Counted from the stretch's first letter, positions 45,220 through 54,694 are shown. The stretch: DNA of 64,000 nt from Parcubacteria group bacterium (GCA_041671525.1 JBAZBJ010000003.1:28813-92812), one strand, 5' to 3'. Notes: a model not told the origin generated them from the sequence alone. Translations and numbers: made by a program.

Positions 45220-45709
45220 CTTTTTTGTCTTCAGATTTACCCTCTTCACTGCCCTTTTTATGCTTCTTGCTCTCATCATCCTTCAATGGTTCGCCGAGTT
45301 CTCGATAGATCGTGCCTAGAACGCCATTCACAAACCGCCCGGAAGATTCACCCCCAAAAGATTTGGCCAATTCGATGGCTTCGTTGATAGCCACCTTTGG
45401 CGGGACTTCCTCATAGTTGCCAAACAGCAATTCATAAATGCCCAAACGCAAGATGTTGCGATCAACAATTGTCACCTGATCCAGCGGCCATTCCGGCGCG
45501 CATTTTTCAATGATCGGGTCGATTTTGCCCTGATTGGCAATCACGCCCTTGACCAACGCAAAAACAAAAGAGTCATCCTCCATGCCCGGACCAAATTCCG
45601 CGATGTTGGTCTTGATGATTTCGTCCAAGCCGTCCGTCTTCCGACCTTTAAAATCCCACTCATACAGCGATTGCATCGCGACTGATCTTGAAAGGTGCCT
45701 GTTGGCCAT
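45197..45709 (-). CDS. nusB: Transcription antitermination factor NusB with a basic/acidic C-terminal tail
   Basis: [13 protein letters not shown] and [12 protein letters not shown] motifs. Confidence 0.88.
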   Translation of the reverse strand: MANRHLSRSVAMQSLYEWDFKGRKTDGLDEIIKTNIAEFGPGMEDDSFVFALVKGVIANQGKIDPIIEKCAPEWPLDQVTIVDRNILRLGIYELLFGNYEEVPPKVAINEAIELAKSFGGESSGRFVNGVLGTIYRELGEPLKDDESKKHKKGSEEGKSEDKKDDSKVSG

Positions 45710-45712
45710 AAA

Positions 45713-45916
45713 TTATTTCTTGGCTTTTTTAGTTACTTTTTTCAAAGTATTCTTTACTTCTTTACCTTTGTAGTATCCGCATTTTGAGCAGACTACGTGC
45801 GCCGCAATCATGGACCCACAATGCGTGCATTTCACCAGCGCTTTTTTCTTCAGTTGCAGGTTAACTCGCGCGCGATCACGGCGCCCTTTGGTGTGTCTTT
45901 GCTTTTGTACTGACAT
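45713..45916 (-). CDS. rpmF: 50S ribosomal protein L32
   Basis: MSVQKQRHTKGRRDRAR start with CxxC...CxxC zinc knuckles. Confidence 0.9.
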   Translation of the reverse strand: MSVQKQRHTKGRRDRARVNLQLKKKALVKCTHCGSMIAAHVVCSKCGYYKGKEVKNTLKKVTKKAKK

Positions 45917-46014
45917 AAATTTTTGCTTAAATTCTTACTTGATAACTATTGCCTAGCTTATCATCGTTTTTGTTTTTTGACAAGGTTTGGGCTGAAATTG
46001 GAGCCAAATTTGAC

Positions 46015-46056
46015 TTATCCACAACCCTTGCAATATTCCGCCAAGTCTGATAGTAT
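46015..46056 (+). promoter_or_regulatory. TTATCCACA box plus promoter-like element
   Basis: TTATCCACA (46015-46023), 4 nt, TTGCAA, N17, TAGTAT. A stem-loop with a T-run follows at 46069-46100. Confidence 0.4.
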
Positions 46057-46094
46057 TAATCTATAGAAACAGGGACTGCGTAGCGGGCCCTGTT

Positions 46095-46829
46095 TTATTT
46101 TGGAAAAACGACCAATCCATGCCCCATAATCTTGTTTGAGCCATCTCTTCTGAATTTTTTCTTAATAACTCTAAAATCTTCTTTTTCCGGTTTTCCCATA
46201 ATTTTTCTACCGATTGGTGAAACAACCAGGTCCGCTATTTCTAGCCCGCCGATAGCCTTTGACTTTGGCAAAATTTTAAAATCCGTGATTTTTTCAGATA
46301 TTCTGGATGGCTCCAAAAACCGTGTACCTTTTATTTTTAAATTCAGCCAAGCTAACTCCAGTTGATTATCCAACTGCTTGTCTCGACTTTCAGCTATTAT
46401 CATTCCTTTTTCCTTGCAATTATCCAATGAGAATGTAAATCTTTCCACCACGAACTCCAAGGCTAGCAAGTACGGATCAACTGCAGCAATCCCATATCTT
46501 AATAAATGTTTTTTCTTTTGTATTCCCGAAGCGACAATCTCGAAGCTCAATGAATTCAAAAGCACATACAAACTCTCACAAAATTTGTCTCTGACTTTCT
46601 TATCTTTTAATGATTCAAATCCGTTTTTATTTCGATAAATATCGGCTGTATGCAGAATAGTTTTTTCCGTTCCAAAATTTTTTAGTTTGAATTTCTTTAT
46701 TCTTTCTTTGGCCGTTTTATTATAGTAATCGTTATCAAAAATAACTCCCGCTAAAACAAAAACCGGATATTGCTTGTCAATTTTTTCCAAATTATGATCG
46801 CCTGATTCGTCAATAAATAGTGTTTTCAT
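46095..46829 (-). CDS. DUF3800-family protein
   Basis: N-terminal MKTLFIDESGD motif typical of DUF3800. 244 aa. Confidence 0.7.
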   Translation of the reverse strand: MKTLFIDESGDHNLEKIDKQYPVFVLAGVIFDNDYYNKTAKERIKKFKLKNFGTEKTILHTADIYRNKNGFESLKDKKVRDKFCESLYVLLNSLSFEIVASGIQKKKHLLRYGIAAVDPYLLALEFVVERFTFSLDNCKEKGMIIAESRDKQLDNQLELAWLNLKIKGTRFLEPSRISEKITDFKILPKSKAIGGLEIADLVVSPIGRKIMGKPEKEDFRVIKKKFRRDGSNKIMGHGLVVFPK

Positions 46830-46874
46830 TTATTATTTTTATGCATTTCAACAATCTCCTGCGGACACCTGCCG

Positions 46875-46995
46875 CCTACTACCGACTTTATTTTAGCACA
46901 AAATTAAAGACCCTGCGTGAAACACACACAGGGTCCAAAGCTTGCGCTTTTAGGACTGAGTTTCTGAGGACTAGTTCTCAGTAGCCGAGTCCTGA
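46875..46995 (-). repeat. Conserved 3' block of cassette L1 (terminator plus extended -10 promoter)
   Basis: A 33-nt stretch (46875-46907) is identical to 55065-55097. Hairpin GACCCTG...CAGGGTC. Minus strand reads TGTGCTAAAAT. Similarity to L2 continues to CTCGCAAGTCAGTACTCAGGAC. Confidence 0.75.
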
Positions 46996-47612
46996 GTACT
47001 GACTTGCGAGACGACAAAGGCGAAACCATAGTCGCGAAACCACTCGTCATCGGGCCTGTCATACGCCGTGCCCAACCACCGACCACCACCGCCGCGGCCG
47101 GCGAGGAGCAGATTCGGATCGCCATCGGAATCTTTGATAGGTTCGTGCATCGCAACAATCCACCAAAGACCCATTACCTCAATTTCTTCATCCGAGAACT
47201 TCTCCCGGATTAGGCAGGCGACTTCAGCATTCGGTTTCCCGAACTTTCTTTTTCCAGCTTCCGCCCTGATATTTTTAGTGATCCGATCGCTGTCATTCCA
47301 CAGCATCCCCTTGAGCACCGCGATATCCGAGATTATTCCGTTCGTCGGTTTGAAGTCCGGCGAATTGAGAACACTCTTAGCCCAGTCCGAAACTCTGAAG
47401 CCTCTTTTCTCGAGCCGCTCAATCCACTGTGTACCAGTTGTGCCATCGGTAGGCGGAAGCGTGAAAGAAATCACTCCATCCTTCTCCTGCCAGTTACGGC
47501 TCAGCTCGGAAACTGCCAGCTCACCGCGCAGGAAACGCTCAACACCCTCCATACCGCCGAGCTTATTCACAACCGCCTCCATCGTTCCCCAGTCCATTTT
47601 CGAATACTTCAT
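46971..47612 (-). CDS. Orphan protein, cassette L1 (213 aa); C-terminal region is paralogous to 55190-55867
   Basis: GAGGAGGA ribosome-binding site. The C-terminus WFRDYGFAFVVSQVSTQD matches HFWLDYGF... in L2. Confidence 0.6.
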   Translation of the reverse strand: MKYSKMDWGTMEAVVNKLGGMEGVERFLRGELAVSELSRNWQEKDGVISFTLPPTDGTTGTQWIERLEKRGFRVSDWAKSVLNSPDFKPTNGIISDIAVLKGMLWNDSDRITKNIRAEAGKRKFGKPNAEVACLIREKFSDEEIEVMGLWWIVAMHEPIKDSDGDPNLLLAGRGGGGRWLGTAYDRPDDEWFRDYGFAFVVSQVSTQDSATEN

Positions 47613-47711
47613 GATAAATCCTCCTCTTCAACTTCTAGTTGAATTTTGTCTATTCCTGATAGAAACAGACGTGGACTCTTTAAAAAAGAGCTTCCCAGAT
47701 ACTGATTTTTA

Positions 47712-47740
47712 AGTATACACCTAAAAGGCTACTTTGTCAA
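47712..47740 (-). promoter_or_regulatory. Promoter of cassette L1
   Basis: TTGACA-N17-TATACT. About 45 nt, including the leader AAATCAGTATC, are conserved with 57081-57123. Confidence 0.5.
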
Positions 47741-47757
47741 GATGTTGTAACCCGAAT

Positions 47758-48753
47758 TCAACCCTGAAGTGCAACACTGAATACTTCTAATGGTGTTTTC
47801 CAATTAAGTCTTTTTCTTGGTCTAGTGTTAAGGGCGTATTCTACTTGATCAATTTCTTCGTCTGTAATCATATCAAAATCAGTTTTTTTGGGGAAGTATT
47901 CCCGAATCAGTCCGTTAGTGTTTTCATTGGTACCGCGTTCCCAGCTATGATACGGGTGGGCGAAATATATGTCCAGTTCCGTGGCAGCCTGCATGCTTTG
48001 CCAGTCCCTGTTTTCCGGTCCATTATCAAGAGTAAGCGTTCTTCTTAACTGTTTTGGCAGCGCAGCCATCCTGGAGGCAACTGCTCGCACCGTCGCGTCT
48101 CCTGATTTAGTTTTGAGTTTCGTGATAAATACATAACCAGTCTTTCTGTCTACAAGCGTATTGACGCCGGGCTTGTGATCTTTGGATTCAACCGTATCAC
48201 CTTCCCAGTCGCCAATCCGTTTTCTGGTTTCGACAATTTTTGGACGCAGATCGATAGAGATGCCTTCCGGCTTTAATACGCGCTGAGATTTGCGCAGTCC
48301 TTTACGCTGTCGGCGCTTTCTTTTCCATCTAAGATACATACGCAGATCCTCACTGCCTGGCTTTAAATATCCATAGCCATCGCGATATATCTGTGCGTAG
48401 ATATATTGATAAATCGCTTCATGAGAAATTTTTTCATTGATGTCCTGTTTCATCCTGCCCGCAATCTGTTCGGGCGACCAATGCTGCTTTAAATGTTCTC
48501 CAACGTAACTGCGCACGGAGTCATTCTTCAGCCGCTCGATCCTGCCGCGAGAGTGCCTGCTCTGCAATGCTCGCTCATGAGCCTTTCGAGGAGCGTAATG
48601 ACTGTTCCACGACAACTTGTTTTTGCTGACTTCTCGGGAAACAGAGGATGGATTCCTGCCCAATAATTTGGCGATGGTGCGGATTGAGGTTTTTTGCCAA
48701 AGCAGCTCTTGGATCTTTTCTCGTTCTTCAATTGTAAAATGTTGATATTTCAT
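47758..48753 (-). CDS. IS30-family transposase
   Basis: N-terminal HTH (LGRNPSSVSREV), WSPEQIAGR, and a DDE core (GDWEGDT...LDNGPE...ERGTNENTNGLIR). Confidence 0.9.
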   Translation of the reverse strand: MKYQHFTIEEREKIQELLWQKTSIRTIAKLLGRNPSSVSREVSKNKLSWNSHYAPRKAHERALQSRHSRGRIERLKNDSVRSYVGEHLKQHWSPEQIAGRMKQDINEKISHEAIYQYIYAQIYRDGYGYLKPGSEDLRMYLRWKRKRRQRKGLRKSQRVLKPEGISIDLRPKIVETRKRIGDWEGDTVESKDHKPGVNTLVDRKTGYVFITKLKTKSGDATVRAVASRMAALPKQLRRTLTLDNGPENRDWQSMQAATELDIYFAHPYHSWERGTNENTNGLIREYFPKKTDFDMITDEEIDQVEYALNTRPRKRLNWKTPLEVFSVALQG

Positions 48754-48794
48754 ACACTTCTATTCTACTAGAAGTGTTGCACTTACTTGTTGAG
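47758..48794 (-). mobile_element. IS30-family insertion sequence (copy 1), ends approximate
   Basis: Terminal inverted repeats GTGTTGCACTT-N4-GTTGA at both ends. A single transposase ORF. The element abuts the rnhB stop (48796). Confidence 0.75.
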
Positions 48795-48795
48795 C

Positions 48796-49464
48796 CTACT
48801 TAATTTTAATGGCTTCTTTAAGCATATTTTTGACCGGTTCGAAGGTTTTGCGGTGGATTTCACAGGGTCCGTCTTTTTGCAGGGCGTCCATGTGCACCTT
48901 TGTGCCATAGCCCTTGTGCTTGTCAAAGGCATATTGCGGATATTTCTCGTGCGCCGCGTGCATGATGCGGTCGCGGGTCACCTTGGCGATAATGGAGGCC
49001 GCGGAAATGGATTTCACAAATTTGTCACCGCTCACGATAGCTTTTTGGTCCAGACTCAAGTTGGGAATTTTTTTGTTGCCATCCACCAGGATGATATGTT
49101 TTTGGTCCTGATAGCGCACTTTGGTTTTGAGGTCATTGAGCGCCGCTTTCATCGCCAAAAAACTGGCCTCCAAAATATTCACCCGATCAATCGTCTCGTG
49201 ATTGCAAATCCCGACGCCGACATAGAAATTTTCATGGATGAAATCAAACATTTTTTCACGCTGTTTTTCATTCAGAGTTTTCGAATCGCGCACCAGAGCG
49301 AATAGTTCGTGGTTGGTAGTTGGTAGTTGGTAGTTCTTCAAGCACGCCGCCCCCGCCACCACCGGCCCGGCTAACGGTCCACGTCCGGCTTCGTCGATGC
49401 CAATAGCAAAAACATAGCCATCCACAGCCAAGGCGTTTTCCAGATCGAAAGTTGACTTTTCCAT
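48796..49464 (-). CDS. rnhB: Ribonuclease HII
   Basis: GIDEAGRGPLAGPVV and DSKTL motifs. Confidence 0.92.
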   Translation of the reverse strand: MEKSTFDLENALAVDGYVFAIGIDEAGRGPLAGPVVAGAACLKNYQLPTTNHELFALVRDSKTLNEKQREKMFDFIHENFYVGVGICNHETIDRVNILEASFLAMKAALNDLKTKVRYQDQKHIILVDGNKKIPNLSLDQKAIVSGDKFVKSISAASIIAKVTRDRIMHAAHEKYPQYAFDKHKGYGTKVHMDALQKDGPCEIHRKTFEPVKNMLKEAIKIK

Positions 49465-49536
49465 AAAATATGCTAGGCTAAGCTTTATGTTCTTTATTTT
49501 ACTATTTCTATTCTAGCATATTCGGAGGGAGTAAGC

Positions 49537-49878
49537 TTGAAGAAAAAAATTCTCAAATATCTGCTGCTCATTTTTGTCATACCCGGTGGTCAGCCTTATA
49601 TAGCGCTCGAACTGCTCTATAAGGCAGGAAGATTTTTCGAAAAAACCCTCAAAGAAAGGAGGAAGCGGATGAATGTAACATGTCCAATTAATGGCGGTAT
49701 TCTTGTTTCTCTCGATCTGTCGGACGAAGTGGCGAAATTGGCCACAAATAAGTCCGAATTGACCGGCAAGCATATTCAGACGCTGCTGCGTGAAGCCAGC
49801 AAACCCATAGTTGAGAGCGGGAGAAAACCAACAGAAGAAGACTTCAGGGAATACCTGGATGGATTGTCTACCAACTAG
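49537..49878 (+). CDS. Hypothetical small protein; C-terminal 70 aa possibly ribbon-helix-helix-like
   Basis: TTG 49537 is preceded by GGAGGGA. The internal ATG 49668 is preceded by AGGAGGA. Terminator at 49893-49925. Confidence 0.4.
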   Translation: MKKKILKYLLLIFVIPGGQPYIALELLYKAGRFFEKTLKERRKRMNVTCPINGGILVSLDLSDEVAKLATNKSELTGKHIQTLLREASKPIVESGRKPTEEDFREYLDGLSTN

Positions 49879-50086
49879 CATGTGACGACATCCAGAATTA
49901 GAGGCGGAGCCCAATGGCCGCCTTTTTCTTTTTCCTAAAAACTGCTATACTAGTCTCAAGATTAACTAACTCGCAAAACCCATCGGGCAACCAGGGGGAT
50001 GGAGATAGAAAAAAACAATGTTTGGATTTGAGAAAAAATTACATATTTATTTTACGCAAAACCTTAGTTTTTAATTGAGGTTTTTT

Positions 50087-50192
50087 AAATTTCTAATTAC
50101 CAATTTCTAATTTCTAAACAATTTCCAATTTCAAAATTTTTAGACATTTGAGCATTGGGATTTTATTAGAAATTAGATATTAGAAATTAGGA
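50087..50192. repeat. Heptamer-periodic hairpin element, TTTCTAA subfamily
   Basis: AATTTCTAATTACCAATTTCTAATTTCTAAA ... TTAGAAATTAGATATTAGAAATTAGGA, just upstream of dnaE. Confidence 0.7.
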
Positions 50193-50208
50193 TTTATAAA
50201 CACACCTT

Positions 50209-53200
50209 ATGCCTGAAACCACTCCCACAAAATTTACTCACCTCCATGTTCACACCCATTACAGCCTTTTGGACGGTCTGGCCAAGATCGATGATATTCT
50301 TGACCGTGCCAAAGAGCTAGGGATGGAATCTTTGGCTATCACGGATCACGGGGTGCTGTATGGCGCCATTGAATTTTTTATCAAGGCCAAAGAGCGCGGC
50401 ATCAAACCGATCATCGGTTGCGAGATGTATGTGACGCCCGGCGATCTCCACAGCAAGGATCCGTCCAGCGCCGACCGCAAACGCCATCACTTGATTTTGC
50501 TCGCCAAAAACGAAAAGGGCTACAAAAATCTGATGAAACTCATTTCCATCGCCCATCTGGAAGGTTTTTACTACAAACCGCGCATCGATCGCACGGTTTT
50601 GCGCCAATACGCGGAAGGCTTGATCGGCCTCTCGGCCTGCGCGGAAGGTGAGGTGCCCTCGGCCGCTATTGCCGGCGATTTGGAAAAAGCCGAGAGATTG
50701 GCGTTGGAATATCAGGACATTTTTGGTCAGGGAAATTTCTATTTGGAAATCCAACATCATCCGAATTTTCCCAATCAAAAAGTCGCCAACGATGCCTTGA
50801 TCGCGATGTCGAAAAAATTGAGCATCAAACTGGTGGCCACCAATGACATCCACTATGTGAAAAAAGAAGATGCCGGCATCCAGGATATTTTGCTGTGCAT
50901 CCAGACTAACCGCAAAGTGGAGGAGAAAGATCGGATGTGTCTGATGGATTTTGAATTGCATCTCAAAAGTCCGGATGAGATGGCCGAGCATTTCCAAGAC
51001 ACACCGGAAGCCCTCACCAACACGCAAGAAATTGTCGACAAATGCAATTTGAAAATCACGCTGGGCGAAACGCAACTCCCCCACTTCGATGTGCCGGCGG
51101 GTTTCACCGACAAAAGTTATCTGCGCCATCTGTGTGAACAAGGATTGGAAAAAAGATTTACCCCGTTAAATCCCCGCCTCAGCGGGGACGCCCCTGGCGT
51201 ATTTAACGGGGTTCTTAAGGAACCAGTAACTCAAGCCATGCTTGACCGGATGGAATATGAATTGGGCATCATTGAAAAAACCGGCTATGCTTCATACTTT
51301 TTGATCGTCCAGGACTTCGTGAACTGGGCCAAAGATCAAGGCATCGTGGTGGGACCCGGGCGTGGCAGCGCCGCCGGCAGTTTTGTTTCGTACTTGGTCG
51401 GCATCACCAACATTGATCCGATCAAATATGATTTGCTGTTTGAAAGATTTTTGAATCCGGAGCGCGTATCCATGCCCGATGTGGATATGGATTTTGCCGA
51501 CGATCGCCGCGATGAAGTTCTGGACTATGTCCGCAAAAAATATGGCAACGACCACGTGGCGCAGATCATCACCTTCGGAACCATGGCCGCCCGCGCCGCC
51601 GTGCGGGATGCCGGTCGCGCCTTGGGACTGCCCTATGATTTTTGCGACAAGACCTCCAAATTGATTCCCCAATTTTCCAACATCCAAGAAGCGCTGGAAG
51701 AAAGCAAGGACTTCAAAGATCACTACAACAGCGGACCGGACGCCAAGAGATTGATCGACAGCGCCCAACGATTGGAAGGCGTGGCGCGCCATGCCTCAAT
51801 GCATGCTTGCGGCGTCGTCATCACCAAGGAGCCGGTAACGGAATATACCCCATTACAAAAAATTACCGGCAAAGGCAAGGGCGAAGGCACGGTGACCCAA
51901 TATTCTTCTTCCACCAAATCCAGCTTTGTGGAAAAAATTGGTCTCTTGAAAATGGACTTTCTCGGTCTCAAAAACTTAACCATCATGCAAAACACGCTGC
52001 GCATCGTGAAAAGGATCAAAGGTCTGGACATCAACATTGACGATCTGCCACTGGACGATGAAGCCACTTACAGACTTTTGCAAAGAGCGGAAACTACCGG
52101 TGTCTTCCAGTTGGAAAGCTCCGGCATGAAAAGATATTTGAAACTGTTGAAACCGAATGTCATTGAAGATATCATCGCCATGGTGGCGCTGTATCGTCCG
52201 GGACCGATGGATTGGATTCCGGATTTCATCGCGCGCAAACACGGCGAAAAGAAAATTCACTATCTCCATCCCAATCTCGAACCGATTCTCAACAAAACCT
52301 ATGGCGTGGCGGTGTATCAAGAACAGGTCATGCAGATCGCGCGCGACTTGGCCGGCTTCTCACTCGGCGAAGCGGACGTTTTGCGCAAAGCCATGGGTAA
52401 GAAAATTTTTGCCTTGATTCAGGAACAAAAAATCAAGTTCATCGAAGGTTGTGTGGCGCAAGGCGTGGAGCGTCGCATCGGTGAAAAAGTTTTTGAATAT
52501 ATCGAACCGTTTGCGGGTTATGGCTTTAATCGCTCGCACGCCGCTTGTTATGCCCTGATCGGCTACCAAACCGCTTATCTCAAGGCGCACTTCCCCGCTG
52601 AATTTATGGCGGCGCTTTTGACTTCCGACCAGAGCGTCATTGATCGCGTGGCCATTGAAGTTTCCGAATGTCGCGATATGAGCATCGAAGTGCTGGCACC
52701 GCACGTCAATGAAAGTTTCGAAGAATTCGCGGTGATTGTGGAACCGGAAACCAAGAAAGAGCGCATCCGCTTCGGACTCAACGCCGTCAAAAATGTCGGG
52801 CAGAATGTCGCGCATGAAATTGTCGCAGAAAGAAAGAAAAATGGCCCCTTCAAAAACCTCACCGATTTTGTAGAACGCGTGGCCACCAAAGATTTGAACA
52901 AAAAATCCATCGAGGCGCTGGCCAAGGTTGGGGCGCTCGAAGGCTTTGGCGAGAGAAACCAGATCATTGTGTCAATTGAAAACATCATCGCCCATTCCAA
53001 AAATTTCCAGAACGAAAAAAATTCCAACCAGGCCAGCTTGTTCGGCGCCGCGGAAATCTCGCTGCCCGAAATCAAACTGTTGGAAACCGAACCGGCCTCC
53101 AAAAAACAAAGATTGAATTGGGAAAAAGAATTGCTGGGACTCTATATTTCCGACCACCCCGCTCGCGAATACAAAGAATATTTTGAGAAGATGGCCACTC

Positions 53201-53772
53201 CGATCAAGGAACTGACGCCGCAGATGGTCGGCCAGAACATCAGTATCGGCGGCGTCATCACCAACGTGCACAAAATTTATCTAAAAACGCAAAAAACCAT
53301 GCTCTTTGTGCTGGTCGAGGATCTGGACAGCAAGATGGAAATTTTGGTTTTTCCGAAAGTTTTGGAAACCACCGCCTCTTCCTGGGAGGATGAAAAAGTC
53401 ATTCTGGCTAGCGGCAAGTTGTCCGACAAGGATGGCATTTTCAAGCTGCTGTGTGACAGTGTCAAAACCATCAACCAAGAGGAGCTGGAAAAATTCAAGC
53501 GAGTTTTGCATACGCAAAAAATGAATGAAGATAAAAAAACAGAGGGGGTCTCTGCAAAAAATAAACTGATCGTCACTCTGCCGGCCAATTCCACCCAAGA
53601 AACGCTCAAAAAAATTTCCGGTTTTTTTGATCAATGTGAACGCGGAACTATGAAAGTATATTTATCGATCAAGGATTCCAAATTAGAAACACCCTATCGC
53701 GTAAATTTTGGAGATACACTGTTGGAATCATTGAAAACGTCCGTGCCGGAAATACAAACTGAACTTCTTTAA
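50209..53772 (+). CDS. dnaE: DNA polymerase III alpha subunit
   Basis: PHP domain (FTHLHVHTHYSLLDG), polymerase core and OB fold. 1187 aa. Confidence 0.95.
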   Translation: MPETTPTKFTHLHVHTHYSLLDGLAKIDDILDRAKELGMESLAITDHGVLYGAIEFFIKAKERGIKPIIGCEMYVTPGDLHSKDPSSADRKRHHLILLAKNEKGYKNLMKLISIAHLEGFYYKPRIDRTVLRQYAEGLIGLSACAEGEVPSAAIAGDLEKAERLALEYQDIFGQGNFYLEIQHHPNFPNQKVANDALIAMSKKLSIKLVATNDIHYVKKEDAGIQDILLCIQTNRKVEEKDRMCLMDFELHLKSPDEMAEHFQDTPEALTNTQEIVDKCNLKITLGETQLPHFDVPAGFTDKSYLRHLCEQGLEKRFTPLNPRLSGDAPGVFNGVLKEPVTQAMLDRMEYELGIIEKTGYASYFLIVQDFVNWAKDQGIVVGPGRGSAAGSFVSYLVGITNIDPIKYDLLFERFLNPERVSMPDVDMDFADDRRDEVLDYVRKKYGNDHVAQIITFGTMAARAAVRDAGRALGLPYDFCDKTSKLIPQFSNIQEALEESKDFKDHYNSGPDAKRLIDSAQRLEGVARHASMHACGVVITKEPVTEYTPLQKITGKGKGEGTVTQYSSSTKSSFVEKIGLLKMDFLGLKNLTIMQNTLRIVKRIKGLDINIDDLPLDDEATYRLLQRAETTGVFQLESSGMKRYLKLLKPNVIEDIIAMVALYRPGPMDWIPDFIARKHGEKKIHYLHPNLEPILNKTYGVAVYQEQVMQIARDLAGFSLGEADVLRKAMGKKIFALIQEQKIKFIEGCVAQGVERRIGEKVFEYIEPFAGYGFNRSHAACYALIGYQTAYLKAHFPAEFMAALLTSDQSVIDRVAIEVSECRDMSIEVLAPHVNESFEEFAVIVEPETKKERIRFGLNAVKNVGQNVAHEIVAERKKNGPFKNLTDFVERVATKDLNKKSIEALAKVGALEGFGERNQIIVSIENIIAHSKNFQNEKNSNQASLFGAAEISLPEIKLLETEPASKKQRLNWEKELLGLYISDHPAREYKEYFEKMATPIKELTPQMVGQNISIGGVITNVHKIYLKTQKTMLFVLVEDLDSKMEILVFPKVLETTASSWEDEKVILASGKLSDKDGIFKLLCDSVKTINQEELEKFKRVLHTQKMNEDKKTEGVSAKNKLIVTLPANSTQETLKKISGFFDQCERGTMKVYLSIKDSKLETPYRVNFGDTLLESLKTSVPEIQTELL
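51160..51212. repeat. Palindromic element inside dnaE
   Basis: ACCCCGTTAAAT-[CCCCGC ctca GCGGGG]-[ACGCC cct GGCGT]-ATTTAACGGGGT. Translated as TPLNPRLSGDAPGVFNGV. Confidence 0.75.
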
Positions 53773-54071
53773 TAACTATCTGCCTCTCGACTTTTCTCTG
53801 CCCGAGCAATCGCTTCGGTATATTTGCTTTTGTTCACCATGGTAGCCTTAATCAACTCTTGCTTTATTTCTTCCTTAGATGAAGAAAACCTGCTGCGCAT
53901 CAGCAAAAACATCTTATCTTCGGCGCTTTTTTCATTTTCCGCTACCATCGGCTCCACTACAGTTATCATTTGACTTTCAGCAACCGCATATGGAATTTTG
54001 GCCTCCACCAAAAAATATGAACTTTCTTTTTCTTTTTTCACCGCACTAATTTGGCTAGGGTTCCATTCCAT
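53769..54071 (-). CDS. Hypothetical protein, 100 aa
   Basis: ORF only. Its stop overlaps the dnaE stop (convergent). Confidence 0.35.
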   Translation of the reverse strand: MEWNPSQISAVKKEKESSYFLVEAKIPYAVAESQMITVVEPMVAENEKSAEDKMFLLMRSRFSSSKEEIKQELIKATMVNKSKYTEAIARAEKSREADSY

Positions 54072-54091
54072 AAAAAATAATTTAAATTTGC

Positions 54092-54694
54092 TTATTCTTC
54101 AAACACCATCCGCTTGAACACCGCGCGGGTGGTTTCCACGTCGCGTTTGCAATATTCCAGAATATCATCAACTTTGCCGGCTTTGAAAAAATCCCAGACT
54201 TGCGAACCGTCGATGCCGTCTTTGGGTGTCGGGATGCCCAGCGCCAACGCCAAATGCTCCAAGCCGACTGTCCCCATCCCCCAGCGCACCCATTCTTTCA
54301 TGGTGTCAAAAATCGGAAAGCTGCGGTAGCGCGCGAAATTCAGATCCACCGATGGCATCACATTGTTGACAATCGAACGTTGATAGATAAAGCGCAGGTC
54401 AAATTCCATGACGTTGTGCCCGATGAATTGATCGGTGTTCTTGGCCAGTTCCCAAAATTGGCGCAAAGTTTCTTTCTCATTGTTGTCGTTATACAAAACA
54501 TCCACCTCATCATCGTCCACCGCGTAGCCGATGCACAGAATGCGTCCGAAAGCGCCGTCGAAAGAAGTCTTGGCGACATAGTCATCAAAATTCTCTTCGC
54601 CCTTATTTTTCTTGGCATGCAAAAGCTTTAATGTCTTGTAATCTTCCTCCGAGGCCGGCAAAGTTTCAATGTCTAAAAATAAGCGCTGGGTCAT
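54092..54694 (-). CDS. RNase-H-fold 3'-5' exonuclease (PolB-exonuclease-like)
   Basis: LDIETLP (Exo I), GHNVMEFDLRF (Exo II), YCKRDVETT (Exo III). Confidence 0.75.
   Translation of the reverse strand: MTQRLFLDIETLPASEEDYKTLKLLHAKKNKGEENFDDYVAKTSFDGAFGRILCIGYAVDDDEVDVLYNDNNEKETLRQFWELAKNTDQFIGHNVMEFDLRFIYQRSIVNNVMPSVDLNFARYRSFPIFDTMKEWVRWGMGTVGLEHLALALGIPTPKDGIDGSQVWDFFKAGKVDDILEYCKRDVETTRAVFKRMVFEE

Noticed and set aside
46875-46995. Integron attC-like recombination site downstream of the L1/L2 cassettes (conserved ends, structure-conserved hairpin)
   Set aside because: - No integrase is present.
- No GTTRRRY core sites were recognised.
- The conserved parts are adequately explained as an intrinsic terminator followed by an extended -10 promoter (TGTGCTAAAAT) for the next gene.
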